A DNA stretch of 57,255 nucleotides from Deltaproteobacteria bacterium (GTDB taxonomy: Bacteria; Myxococcota_A; Polyangia; JAAYKL01), in contig JAUXHN010000003.1 in the NCBI GenBank assembly GCA_030621515.1, positions 1 to 57,255 of the forward strand, in the 5' to 3' direction. Of this stretch, positions 28,413-40,782 are shown piece after piece; within the stretch, counting starts at the first letter, position 1; each line of letters opens with the position of its first letter. Below the pieces are notes generated by a model that saw only the letters and a program-made list of their open reading frames with translations, was not told the DNA's origin and did not search any database. Made by a program: the position numbers and the translations under genes.

Positions 28413-28442
28413 TAAGCTTTGAGGAAAATGTTGGAGGCCTCG

Positions 28443-29582
<1,140 letters not shown>

Positions 29583-29592
29583 GCGGCGCCTC

Positions 29593-30372
29593 CTACTTTC
29601 TGGTGAAAACCGCCTTGCGTTTTGCAACAAACGCGGCCATTCCCTCGGTCTGATCCTCGGTACCGAACAGAGCGCTGAACGCCTGTTTTTCGAGCTCCAG
29701 GGCCGAGTCCAGCGGGAGATCCACGCCCTTGTTCATCACGCGCTTGGCCGCCGCGATCGCGAGCGGGCCATTGGACATGAGCAGGTTCGCCTTTTCGCGA
29801 ACCTTGTCCATCAGCTCATCGGGCTCGAATACCTCTGCCACCAGGCCGATACGCTTGGCCTCCTGGGCGTCTATGATCTCTCCGGTGTAGATGAGCTCCC
29901 GAGCCTTGTTCATCCCCACGGTTCGTGCGAGCCGCTGGGTTCCGCCGAACCCGGGGATGATGCCCAGACTGACCTCGGGCTGGCCGAACTTGGCCTTGGT
30001 CGAGGCGTAGATGAAATCGCAACCCAGGGACACCTCGGTGCCTCCGCCGAGCGCGAAACCGTTCACTGCAGCGATGGCGGGCTTGTCCATGGTCTCCAGC
30101 GCCATCAACATCGCGTGGCCCAGATCCCCGAATCGGAGCCCGTCCTGTGTTCCGAATTCACCCATCTGGGCTATGTCGGCGCCGGCGATGAAGGACCTTC
30201 CCGCGCCGGTGATCACCACAACGTTCACCTCGGCATCCGACGCGGCTGTGACGATGGCCGAGAGCATCTCTGCCAGCACCTGCATATTCAGCGCGTTGAG
30301 CACGTCCGGACGGTTGATCGTTATGGTGCCGATGCCTTCTTTCACCTCGTATTTGATGGTTTCGTAGTTCAT
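29593..30372 (-). CDS. Enoyl-CoA hydratase (crotonase)
   Basis: NRP..LNALN, FIAGADI, VNGFALGGG.E, GQPEV.LGIIPGFGGTQRL. Confidence 0.95.
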   Translation of the reverse strand: MNYETIKYEVKEGIGTITINRPDVLNALNMQVLAEMLSAIVTAASDAEVNVVVITGAGRSFIAGADIAQMGEFGTQDGLRFGDLGHAMLMALETMDKPAIAAVNGFALGGGTEVSLGCDFIYASTKAKFGQPEVSLGIIPGFGGTQRLARTVGMNKARELIYTGEIIDAQEAKRIGLVAEVFEPDELMDKVREKANLLMSNGPLAIAAAKRVMNKGVDLPLDSALELEKQAFSALFGTEDQTEGMAAFVAKRKAVFTRK

Positions 30373-30611
30373 TCGATCTTGCCTTTCCTTGGAAACGGTG
30401 TTTCCCCTTTGCCTCAATCAACGAGGCCGAATTTTATCACGAAAAAGGAACCACGGCTGTATGTGTAAGATCATGTGTTCATCAATTGGGCACATCAATT
30501 GGACGGGATTGTGCCGACAGGTCAAGTCAGATACATTGATGGCGTTGAGAATTGCCAACCCGTTCTAAATGGCAATCGTCGCCTCAAGAACGGGACACAC
30601 AAGGACGCTCA

Positions 30612-32144
30612 ATGACGAAAAACGATCAAATAGCCCGCGCAGCGACCATTATAGCGCTGGCCCTTCTTTCGTACACCGGCCTGTCATTTGCCCAACCACG
30701 GGACAACCCCATCGAGCGTGCCCGCCATCACATGGAGCTGGGACAGGAGTCATTTGCAAAGGGGAGCTTCGAGGATGCGCAGCAGCATTTCGTGAACGCC
30801 TACGCGGCATCGCCGTTTCCGGCGTTTCTTTACAACGCGGGGCTTGCCGCGCAGAAGGGCCGGGACTACGAGCTCGCCGCAAAGATGTACCGGCGCTATC
30901 TCGACGAGGAGCCCGATGCGCCCGACGCGGCCGAGGTGGAAATCACGATCCGGGGGCTTAAGGCCGATCAGCCGACGGAAACCCTTGAGGGCGAGACCTC
31001 CCCGGGAGTACCCGACGTCACGAGCGAGACGGAAATGAAATCACTGATCTCGGTGCGGACAAATCCACACAACGCCAATGTCAGAATACTCGACAAGGCG
31101 GGGAATGAGGTCTCGGTTTTCGATGGACCCGCCGCTCACACAGTGATCAGGGGCACCTATACAGTGGAGGCGAGCCACGCGGACTACCGGACGGTACAGA
31201 CCGACATTAACGTCACCCCGGGTCAGGTCTACATCGTGGTCGTCGAGATGAGCCAGGGAGCTTTCCTCGGTTTCCTCCATATCAAGACCGATGTGCCGGG
31301 CGCGCGGGTGTACGTGGACGACAGGGAGATGGGTTCGATGGGTACAACGCCGTGGGGCAACGTGCTCCCGAGCGGAAAACACAAGATCTGGGTGGAAAAA
31401 CCAGGCTTTCAGACCATCGAGACCGAGGTGGAGATCAATATCGGCGACAAGCAAGCGATCGTCTTGACCCTGGAGCGCCTGCAGGTGGGCGTCCTGCACG
31501 TCAAGACCAACGTTCCCGTCTCCAGTATTTACCTCGATGGGAAGCTCTTCGGAGCCGCGCCCGTCGAGGAAGTGACGACCCCAGGGCATCACAAACTCAA
31601 GGTGACTGCCGAGGGCATGAAGGACTACGAAACAGATGTGGAGATATCCTGCGGTCAGACAACCAAGGTGCTCGTGAGGCTCAATCCCAAACCTAGCCGG
31701 ACATCAGCCTGGGTATCCCTGGGGTTCGCAGTGGCTCTCTTCACCGGCGGCGGTATCGCCGGGGGGATGGCCCTCAAGATCGATGACGAACTTGATTTCG
31801 ATCGAAACAAGGGGCGCCTCGCCGACGACGATCCGAGAATCATGCACGGTTTCCTCTGGGCGCTCGGCGCGGACATCGCGTTCGGTGTGGGCGCCATCGT
31901 GACCGGAATGTGCATCTATTACTTCCTTCGGGATCCTCTGCCCCCATCGGAAGGCAAGCTGTACGATCCCAAAGATCTGACCGAAAACCCGGACCTCACG
32001 GGAAAGACAACGAAAGAGCAGGGCTCCGACGAATCCGACATCGTCGAGCCGCCGCAAGCAACGCACATGGCGGGTCCGAGGATCCTGGTAGCCCCGCTTC
32101 TTACCCCCGAGGCGGTCGGTCTGGGGCTGGCGGTGGTTTTTTAA
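30612..32144 (+). CDS. TPR + PEGA domain exported/membrane protein
   Basis: Signal peptide, TPR helices (FLYNAG), three PEGA repeats, C-terminal hydrophobic segments. Confidence 0.88.
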   Translation: MTKNDQIARAATIIALALLSYTGLSFAQPRDNPIERARHHMELGQESFAKGSFEDAQQHFVNAYAASPFPAFLYNAGLAAQKGRDYELAAKMYRRYLDEEPDAPDAAEVEITIRGLKADQPTETLEGETSPGVPDVTSETEMKSLISVRTNPHNANVRILDKAGNEVSVFDGPAAHTVIRGTYTVEASHADYRTVQTDINVTPGQVYIVVVEMSQGAFLGFLHIKTDVPGARVYVDDREMGSMGTTPWGNVLPSGKHKIWVEKPGFQTIETEVEINIGDKQAIVLTLERLQVGVLHVKTNVPVSSIYLDGKLFGAAPVEEVTTPGHHKLKVTAEGMKDYETDVEISCGQTTKVLVRLNPKPSRTSAWVSLGFAVALFTGGGIAGGMALKIDDELDFDRNKGRLADDDPRIMHGFLWALGADIAFGVGAIVTGMCIYYFLRDPLPPSEGKLYDPKDLTENPDLTGKTTKEQGSDESDIVEPPQATHMAGPRILVAPLLTPEAVGLGLAVVF

Positions 32145-32156
32145 AGGAGTATCAAG

Positions 32157-33593
32157 ATGCGAAACGCCATACCCCTGATCCTCACCATGTTTATTGTCGT
32201 GGGAGGTTGTTCGTTCCTGGACTTCTTCGGATATGAGGACAACTCGCCGCTGCATGTGATCCAGCGACCCGAGGGGTACCCGTCCGTTATGTTCGGCGCC
32301 GAGATAGCGCCCACCTTCTTCCACCAGGGCGAATCGAGCGCGGATCTCGTGGCCGTCTCCGCCGGCACCGGCTATCCGACCCTGATCTACAGGCTCTCCA
32401 CCGACGGAAAACTCGTCGATGTCGAGGATCCGTACAACGAGTACCTGAGCGACAGTGAGCCCGAGGCCGAGAGCATGGGTAGCGGGTCGTCACTCGTGGG
32501 ACTGTCCTCATGGGAGCATGACGGGCTCTACACGGGATGCGTCGCGATCGGCGAGCACTTGGCGGGCCAGGTCACCATCGTATGCGAACAGGACAAGGAG
32601 ATATTCCAAATAGAAAGCGGCGCCACCGGTGTCGACGACCTGAACGGCTTCGGTCTCGAGATGGCAGGGATCCGCCCCTCCCAGGGTGACGGATGGCTGC
32701 TCGCGGTGTCCTCACACACGACCGTTACTGTCTTCAGTTCCAGTCCGGGGATCGACCGATCCGAAACTGTCTCTCCTCAATACGACGGCTCACCGGCCCA
32801 GGCTCCAATCAACGAAATCGCCGCTGGACGTCTTTTTGACGGTACCTTTTTCGTAGCGGCGGCCACGGGCGATGTGCAGGAGAGCGAACCTTCCAGGATT
32901 CACCTTTTTGTGCAGGACGGACCGAACAGCACCGGGATGACCCAGGTCGCCTGCCTCAATCGCTCGGGTGTGATCGGCTTCGGCGGGATCATGATCACCG
33001 GAGATCTGGACGGAGACGGTAACGACGAGCTCATTACTTCGCTGGCCGCAGGCGCGCCCGACCGGGAAGATCTGGTGGAAATATGGCAGATCGAAGATCT
33101 CGTGGACGCTGCTCCTACCTGCAACAGCGAGGAGATTGTACCCGCGGCTACGGTTGTTCCCGGGGAGGGGCCGCTGAAGATCTCGTGCGACTTGGGCTCG
33201 GATTGTGAGTTCGGCTTTTCGCTGGCGGTCGGCGACATCGCCACGGATGACGGCGGACCGGAGCTCATCGTCGGCGCCCCCGGGGCGAAAGTGGACGGCG
33301 TAGCAGGGGCCGGTGCTGTCTATGTCTACAGAGGCGTCGATCTGATCTCCAACGGAACGGCATCGCCGGCCGGTCGCATCGCTGACTCCTCCCCGAAAAA
33401 GGACTATCGCTTCGGTGGAGGTGTCGCAGTGTCGCCCATGGCCGGTCGCAACGAACTCCTTGTGGGAGCGACGGGGAAAGGACGCCTGATTATTGCCTAT
33501 TGCACCGGTGTCGGAGAGGATCTCGAAGCCGGTGCGGACGTCACTACCAGCGCGGGAGGATCGGTCATCTCAACCAGATGTCGCCCCAGGTAA
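32157..33593 (+). CDS. FG-GAP/integrin-alpha-like repeat lipoprotein
   Basis: Lipobox VGGC, GDLDGDGNDELI, FGFSLAVGD, ELIVGAP, GAVYVY. Confidence 0.85.
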   Translation: MRNAIPLILTMFIVVGGCSFLDFFGYEDNSPLHVIQRPEGYPSVMFGAEIAPTFFHQGESSADLVAVSAGTGYPTLIYRLSTDGKLVDVEDPYNEYLSDSEPEAESMGSGSSLVGLSSWEHDGLYTGCVAIGEHLAGQVTIVCEQDKEIFQIESGATGVDDLNGFGLEMAGIRPSQGDGWLLAVSSHTTVTVFSSSPGIDRSETVSPQYDGSPAQAPINEIAAGRLFDGTFFVAAATGDVQESEPSRIHLFVQDGPNSTGMTQVACLNRSGVIGFGGIMITGDLDGDGNDELITSLAAGAPDREDLVEIWQIEDLVDAAPTCNSEEIVPAATVVPGEGPLKISCDLGSDCEFGFSLAVGDIATDDGGPELIVGAPGAKVDGVAGAGAVYVYRGVDLISNGTASPAGRIADSSPKKDYRFGGGVAVSPMAGRNELLVGATGKGRLIIAYCTGVGEDLEAGADVTTSAGGSVISTRCRPR

Positions 33594-33595
33594 CC

Positions 33596-35032
<1,437 letters not shown>

Positions 35033-35041
35033 TTTCAACGT

Positions 35042-35464
35042 TCACTCCCATAGACCCATAATAGGGTGGTACCGCCTGCTCCCCGGAGGAGACAACTCCA
35101 GCGGGGCGCCTGTCTCGAGCGGTTTGCAGATAAGGCAACGCCACTTGATGTTCTTGTAGCCGGTGTCCGTTTCGGAATCGGTGTCTGTTTCGGAATCGGT
35201 GTCTGTTTCGGAATCAGTGTCGATATTCGTGTCTGTATCGATATCGGAATTCGAATCGCTGTCAGAGTCACTGTCGGTGTCCGAATCGATGTCGGAGGCG
35301 GTGTCCGTGTCGGTGTCCAGATCGTAGCCCAAATGGGATGTGTCGGTTTTTCCGCAACCCTTCAGCGCCGGAGTCGCCGTTACCAGCAAAAGAACAGCGA
35401 TGCTCCACGACAATTCCGCAAACCCGCTCAACCGAGTTTTTCTTTTTTGTATACGAGTGTTCAT
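35042..35464 (-). CDS. Small exported Asp/Thr/Ser-repeat protein (probable lipoprotein)
   Basis: Hydrophobic segment plus LKGC, then a long DT/DS/DSET tract and a short CxxC tail. Confidence 0.6.
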   Translation of the reverse strand: MNTRIQKRKTRLSGFAELSWSIAVLLLVTATPALKGCGKTDTSHLGYDLDTDTDTASDIDSDTDSDSDSDSNSDIDTDTNIDTDSETDTDSETDTDSETDTGYKNIKWRCLICKPLETGAPLELSPPGSRRYHPIMGLWE

Positions 35465-35603
35465 GATCTTGATTCCACGGGCTCATCATACCACTTCTCT
35501 GTTCGTCAGTGGTTATTCAGCGAATTCAGCGAATGAAGCAAATGAGTCTGTTTTGTAAAATGAGGTTCAATAAAACGGGCTTTTGGACGGTCGAATCTTC
35601 GTG

Positions 35604-36167
35604 ATGCAAAGGCAGTTACTATTTCAACACCTGATAACGATCGGCGCGATGCTTGCTACCGCGTGCGGTGGGAACAGTGGAGCCCAGGCGCCCGGGGACA
35701 CGGCCGAGCCGGAATCGAAGCCCGAACCTCAGGCCCCTCTGGTGGTATTGAACTCACCCGAAACAGAGATCGACACAGACACCGGACCAAAAGTGGTTAG
35801 CGACGAGAAGCTGGCGGTTATCCCGTCGATGCCATTGAGCCAGCTGCTGGGCAAGACCCGCGCCAATATCGAGACCCTGTTCCATCCCAACGAGCCCGGT
35901 CATGCCGAGGGCTGGGTGCGCTACAACGAGCACCTCGAAGTGCGTTACGAAAAGCAGCTCTGCGTGGAGTTGATCCAACTCGTACCGGGCGGGTTGACCT
36001 GCCGCGCGGCCGCGCGCTGGGTGGGATTCGGCGAGACGATGGCCCCTATCTACCGCGCGGACAAGTGCGTCTGGCCCGCGAACAGCCTCAAGCACCTGCT
36101 TGGCCAGGGAGTATCCGGCGAGCTGGTCTTTCAAGGTGGTATGTTCCGCGCCCGTCTGGACCGCTGA
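35604..36167 (+). CDS. Hypothetical lipoprotein
   Basis: LATAC lipobox, Pro-rich linker, Cys-containing domain. Confidence 0.7.
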   Translation: MQRQLLFQHLITIGAMLATACGGNSGAQAPGDTAEPESKPEPQAPLVVLNSPETEIDTDTGPKVVSDEKLAVIPSMPLSQLLGKTRANIETLFHPNEPGHAEGWVRYNEHLEVRYEKQLCVELIQLVPGGLTCRAAARWVGFGETMAPIYRADKCVWPANSLKHLLGQGVSGELVFQGGMFRARLDR

Positions 36168-36264
36168 CAGGCTGGTCCTGGCGATTCGTTAAACCGTTTT
36201 CTTCTACCGGCCCCTCCGTGGTAGATTCCGATCGACGTCATGTAACTTTGTCGAGGAGGACCAG

Positions 36265-37233
36265 ATGATATTCCGTCGATTCGCAACCATCGCAATTGCT
36301 ATTCTGTTCGCTGCGTGCGGAGGCGCGCGGCCGGACAGTGAAACGACCACGGGAAAACCCGCCGGCAGTATCGCCGACGGAAAAACGCTCATCGAGCAGG
36401 GCGATTTTACGGGGGGTGCGGCGCTGTTCGAGAAGATTGTCGAGGAAAAGCCCACCAGTGCAGAAGCGCACTTCTACCTGGGTGTTTGCCTGCAGAACCT
36501 GGATGATCTCCAGAGAGCCGAACAGGAATACGTCATCGCCATCGAGCGAGATCCGGATCTCATGGAAGCCCACAATAACCTTGGATTGTTGCTCATGGAC
36601 AAGGGCGATCTGGCCGGGGCGAACAGGGCGCTCACCCTGTACCTTGAAAAAAACCAGGAGGAAGCGGACGCACATTACAATTACGGCCTTCTTCTGGCGG
36701 CCATGGATCAGACGAACGCGGCCCGCGGCTCGTTCGAGAAGGCGGCCGAGCTGGCCCCTGACGATCCGGATCCGTGGCTCGGTTTGGGCGATCTGGATCG
36801 CGCGGGAAACAGGCAAAAAGAAGCCCTGTTCAATTATCGCAAGGCAAAGGAAATCGCCCCGGACGATCCCATCTGTGTCCTGAGCGAGGGCCGGGTCTTG
36901 CTCGATATGAAAAAAATAGACGAGGCGACAGCTGTGCTGGCATCCATGCCCAATCTCGCTGGCAGCGATGCCGTCACCCTGACCACCGCCGGAATGCTTC
37001 TGGCCAGGTTCGACAAGGACACAGAGGCCATTGCGCTCTATGAAGCAGCTCTTTCAAGGGACGACTCGTTTCCCAGGGCGCATATCCTCCTGGCAAACGC
37101 CCTGGCCCGGATCGGCCGCTTCAACGACGCGGCCGGTCATTTCGAGAAATTTATCGAACTGGCTCCCGAGGCGATGGAAGCGGACGCCGCTCGCAAGGGG
37201 CTGGAGATCTGTAAATCGAAAGCTTCTCAATAA
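36265..37233 (+). CDS. Tetratricopeptide-repeat lipoprotein
   Basis: FAAC lipobox, AHFYLG/AHNNLG/AHYNYG TPRs, GAGGA RBS. Confidence 0.9.
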   Translation: MIFRRFATIAIAILFAACGGARPDSETTTGKPAGSIADGKTLIEQGDFTGGAALFEKIVEEKPTSAEAHFYLGVCLQNLDDLQRAEQEYVIAIERDPDLMEAHNNLGLLLMDKGDLAGANRALTLYLEKNQEEADAHYNYGLLLAAMDQTNAARGSFEKAAELAPDDPDPWLGLGDLDRAGNRQKEALFNYRKAKEIAPDDPICVLSEGRVLLDMKKIDEATAVLASMPNLAGSDAVTLTTAGMLLARFDKDTEAIALYEAALSRDDSFPRAHILLANALARIGRFNDAAGHFEKFIELAPEAMEADAARKGLEICKSKASQ

Positions 37234-37238
37234 AGCGC

Positions 37239-38666
37239 ATGAGAGAAAACAGACATCCTTCGACTCTCCTGATCCTCCTGATAACGGGAGTAGCTCTTTT
37301 CGCCTGCGACCCGGACGGTTCCACCGGGGACGCCGGCATGGACGGGGGTTCGGATACTTCGGCGGACGGGGGAGACACGGACACGGGGACGCAACCCGAT
37401 GCGGGCCACGACGCCTCCGATGACTCCGGCCAGACGGACACCGACACGGACACCACGATCTTCGACGGAGACGGGTCGTGTCAGATGGTTGAGCCCGCGT
37501 TCGTGAATACTGTTGTGTCCGACAATACCTCTGGCGAGCCCAACGATCTCTTTGACTACAACTGCACCGCCCTGGATGAGAGCGGGTCGGATCTGGCCTA
37601 CCAGTTCGATCACACGGGTTCCGTAGCCATCAGGCTGACCGCGACATTAACGAACGCGATCTGCGATCTCGACCTGTTCCTTCTGGGTGAAGATTGTTCA
37701 AGGAATTCATGTGTTACCTACTCGGCAGGCACGGGAGACGAATCAGCCTGCGCGATCGTCCAACCGTCCTCGACTCTCTTCGTTGTCGTTGACGGGTACA
37801 TGAGCGCCGCATGCTCGTTTGATCTCTTGCTCACCGAAGAGATGGTGGAGGTGAACTGCACGGGGAACATCGACGACGACGGAGACGGCCTGACGGATTG
37901 TGAAGATGACGACTGCGTGTTCGAGGCCGATTGCATTCAGTCGTGCGCGCCCGACGAGACGATCTTCTGCGGACACATGGGCTCTCACACTACCTCGGGA
38001 TTTACCAACTCCATCGAGATTTATTCCTTGTACTCCACATCCCTCAACGGTCCGGAGAAGGCCTTCGAATTCACAGCGAGCGCAACCGGAACCACCCTCG
38101 AAGCTACACTTTCCAACGAGACTCCCGGGCAGGAGCTCCTCGTTCTTGCCGATTTCTGCTCGTCCGACGCTGTCGCCCATGCGGGCTCGTCCACGGTGGA
38201 GTTTGCGCCGGATCCGGCGATCTCCTACTTCTTTGTGGTAGATGGACCGTCCGGCTCCGCTGGACCGTTCGAATTCCAGCTCACCTGCCGTGAAACCGAC
38301 TGCGATGATGGCCTCGACAACGACGACGACGGCCTCACGGACTGCGCCGACGACGACTGCGAGATCGACCTGTCATGTGTCACCACCTGCGACCTGCTCA
38401 CCGCAGACGCCGGTTGTGCATTCTTCGACGGCGGCGTTTCTTCCTGCTATCTCCTCGATCCGTATCCCCCCATGGGCTTCTGTCATCCGGTCGGCGACGC
38501 CTCGGTGGGAGACCCGTGCGCCGTGCCCCACGACTGCATCGCGGGCGCCATATGCACACCGGCCGACATCTGCCTCATGGCCTGTGATCTGGTGGACGAT
38601 GTGCCGGGTTGCGCTTCGGGAACCTGCTCATCACTCGGAATCGATCCCCTCGGCGTCTGTTGGTAA
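37239..38666 (+). CDS. Cys-rich acidic lipoprotein with PPC-like domains and DDDGDGLTDC repeats
   Basis: LFAC lipobox, DT linker, two xFVVVDG domains, two C...DDDxDGLTDCxDDDC motifs. Confidence 0.85.
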   Translation: MRENRHPSTLLILLITGVALFACDPDGSTGDAGMDGGSDTSADGGDTDTGTQPDAGHDASDDSGQTDTDTDTTIFDGDGSCQMVEPAFVNTVVSDNTSGEPNDLFDYNCTALDESGSDLAYQFDHTGSVAIRLTATLTNAICDLDLFLLGEDCSRNSCVTYSAGTGDESACAIVQPSSTLFVVVDGYMSAACSFDLLLTEEMVEVNCTGNIDDDGDGLTDCEDDDCVFEADCIQSCAPDETIFCGHMGSHTTSGFTNSIEIYSLYSTSLNGPEKAFEFTASATGTTLEATLSNETPGQELLVLADFCSSDAVAHAGSSTVEFAPDPAISYFFVVDGPSGSAGPFEFQLTCRETDCDDGLDNDDDGLTDCADDDCEIDLSCVTTCDLLTADAGCAFFDGGVSSCYLLDPYPPMGFCHPVGDASVGDPCAVPHDCIAGAICTPADICLMACDLVDDVPGCASGTCSSLGIDPLGVCW

Positions 38667-39806
38667 AGCCTGTTTCTTGCCATGCAACTGCATATGACCT
38701 GACTGTATTCCCTCGCTAGCCAGGGCGGCCAGCGCAGCGAGATTCGACGCCAACCCCACAGACACGGCCACTTGCGCCAGCTCGGACGCGCACTCGACAC
38801 CCACGAGATCCAGGCACGCGACCGCCCCGGGGTTTGCCGTGGATGCGCCACCTACCAGGCCGACAGTCATGGGCATCTCCACCTCTCCGACCAGATCGGA
38901 TCCCTCTATCCGCCAGGTCGCAAGCGGGGCGTAGCTTTTACCTCTCGCCGCGAAAGCGTGAGCCCCCGCCTCCACCGCGCGCCAGTCGTTTCCGCATGCG
39001 AGCAGGAATGCGTCTATTCCGTTGAAGATCCCCTTGTTGTGCGTGGCCGCCCTGTACGGATCCGAACACGCGAAATCCGAGGCGGCAGATACGCCCACGG
39101 CCACATCCTTACCACTGAACCCCTCTCGATCGAGAGCCTCGAACGGGATGGCGCACCTCGCGCGAGCGAGGCGGTGATCTGCCAGGTTCGTGAGTATCCG
39201 CAGGCCGGCGCGTCCGCCCGCGATCTCGGCCAGGCGATGAGACACGGCCTCGGTCATGGTGTTGACCATATTGGCGCCCATGGCATCACGGCAATCAATG
39301 TGCAGGTGAACGACCAGCCGCCCGGGCCCGCCAACATCGCAACGGACCGCCATTGTGCGCATCCCGCCGCCCAGTGACACAAGCTCCGGCTGGACGGCGT
39401 CGGCTATCCGTACAATTTCATCGACGGAGTCTTCCAGACGCTCTCTTGCCCCGGGCAATGGATCGAGGATCTCCACCTGGCCGGCCATGATGGGCGGGTC
39501 GGCCTGCGCCAGGAACCCCGTGCCGGCGCGTGCCATCCTTGCGCCGTTCGAGGCCGCAGCTATCACAGAAGGTTCCTCCACCGCCATGGGCACCAGTAAT
39601 TCCACCCCGTTGACCATGAAATTGGTTGCTATCCCCAGTGGCAGGCAAAACACTCCCACCGCGTTCTCGATCATCGCGTCGGCCTTCTCAATAGTGAGGT
39701 CAGCGCCAAAACCGGGATTTTTGATCCGTCGTGATATTTCTTCCAGCCTCTTTGCAGGGCTTCTCTTGTGGAACCCCGGCAGCCTTGATCTTCCCTTCGA
39801 TTTCAT
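38631..39806 (-). CDS. mvaA: Hydroxymethylglutaryl-CoA reductase, class II
   Basis: MIENAVG, PMAVEEPSV, DAMGANMVN, RAATHNKGI.NG, GNDWRA.EAG, GIQ.GHM.LH. ATG 39806 overlaps the upstream stop. Confidence 0.93.
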   Translation of the reverse strand: MKSKGRSRLPGFHKRSPAKRLEEISRRIKNPGFGADLTIEKADAMIENAVGVFCLPLGIATNFMVNGVELLVPMAVEEPSVIAAASNGARMARAGTGFLAQADPPIMAGQVEILDPLPGARERLEDSVDEIVRIADAVQPELVSLGGGMRTMAVRCDVGGPGRLVVHLHIDCRDAMGANMVNTMTEAVSHRLAEIAGGRAGLRILTNLADHRLARARCAIPFEALDREGFSGKDVAVGVSAASDFACSDPYRAATHNKGIFNGIDAFLLACGNDWRAVEAGAHAFAARGKSYAPLATWRIEGSDLVGEVEMPMTVGLVGGASTANPGAVACLDLVGVECASELAQVAVSVGLASNLAALAALASEGIQSGHMQLHGKKQALPTDAEGIDSE

Positions 39807-40654
39807 GAATCGATTTCCCTCTCGAGCTTGTCGAATTTCTTTGCCACTTCGAACACACCATCGTGGTCGAGATCGAATTCCTCCCTGATTTTCACTCCGT
39901 GAATATAGAATGCCTTCTTGTCCGGCTTTCCGCTCCCATCCAGCGACCAGTGCTGCTCCACCACCTGACCGAATTTGCCAAACGACCACGAATCCGGCCG
40001 TCCGTCATAATCGAGATCGTATCTGCCGTTCGTGAAGTGACCGAGTTCGAAGAATTCCCAGGCGTCCACCGAACCATCGAAATTCAGGTCGCTCTCAACT
40101 CTCTCCGTCTGGCCGAACTCTCCACAATATATCCACTCGTCAATCCTTGTGTCGAAATTGGTGTCGTTATCAACCCTGTTCCTGTATCCGTACTTGCCGT
40201 ACTTGACCCACTCATCCACTTTCTGATCGAAGTTCTTGTCGCTCCTGGACCCTACCTGCACTCCCATAACGAAGATGGTCCACTCGTCGACCTTGTCGTC
40301 GAAATTCAGATCGTTCTTGATCTCGCTCGCCCGGCCCATCTCGTCGAACTGGACCCATTCGTCCGGCTTGCCATCGAAGTTGGTATCTTTCCTCGATCGC
40401 ACGGGGACACCGTCCTCGAACTCGGTCCAGTCGTCCCTGCGGCCGTCGAAATTGTTATCTCTCTCCCATTTGAGAAACTTACCGTCCTTGAAGATGATCC
40501 ACTCGTCCACTTCACCGTCGGCGTTCGAATCACTCTCCTGCCAACCGTCGGGCGACTCCTCTTCGTCAGAAACGACGACAAGGGTGATTGAAATACCCGC
40601 GACCGCTCCCAGCATCGTCGTGGCAAGGGCAACCGGCAAGATAGGACTACGCAT
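39803..40654 (-). CDS. Membrane-anchored protein with ~10 DxNFDGxxDxW repeats
   Basis: N-terminal TM followed by ~23-25-aa tandem units. Confidence 0.8.
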   Translation of the reverse strand: MRSPILPVALATTMLGAVAGISITLVVVSDEEESPDGWQESDSNADGEVDEWIIFKDGKFLKWERDNNFDGRRDDWTEFEDGVPVRSRKDTNFDGKPDEWVQFDEMGRASEIKNDLNFDDKVDEWTIFVMGVQVGSRSDKNFDQKVDEWVKYGKYGYRNRVDNDTNFDTRIDEWIYCGEFGQTERVESDLNFDGSVDAWEFFELGHFTNGRYDLDYDGRPDSWSFGKFGQVVEQHWSLDGSGKPDKKAFYIHGVKIREEFDLDHDGVFEVAKKFDKLEREIDS

Positions 40655-40782
40655 GTTATTAATCTATCACACAAACCCGAACGGCCTTGTCCTCTTTGTT
40701 TATCGAGGGCAAAATGCGAAGGAATCGCAATTGAGCGAGCCTGTTTTCTGGGAACAGTGAACGCGAAAGAGAATACCCGATA

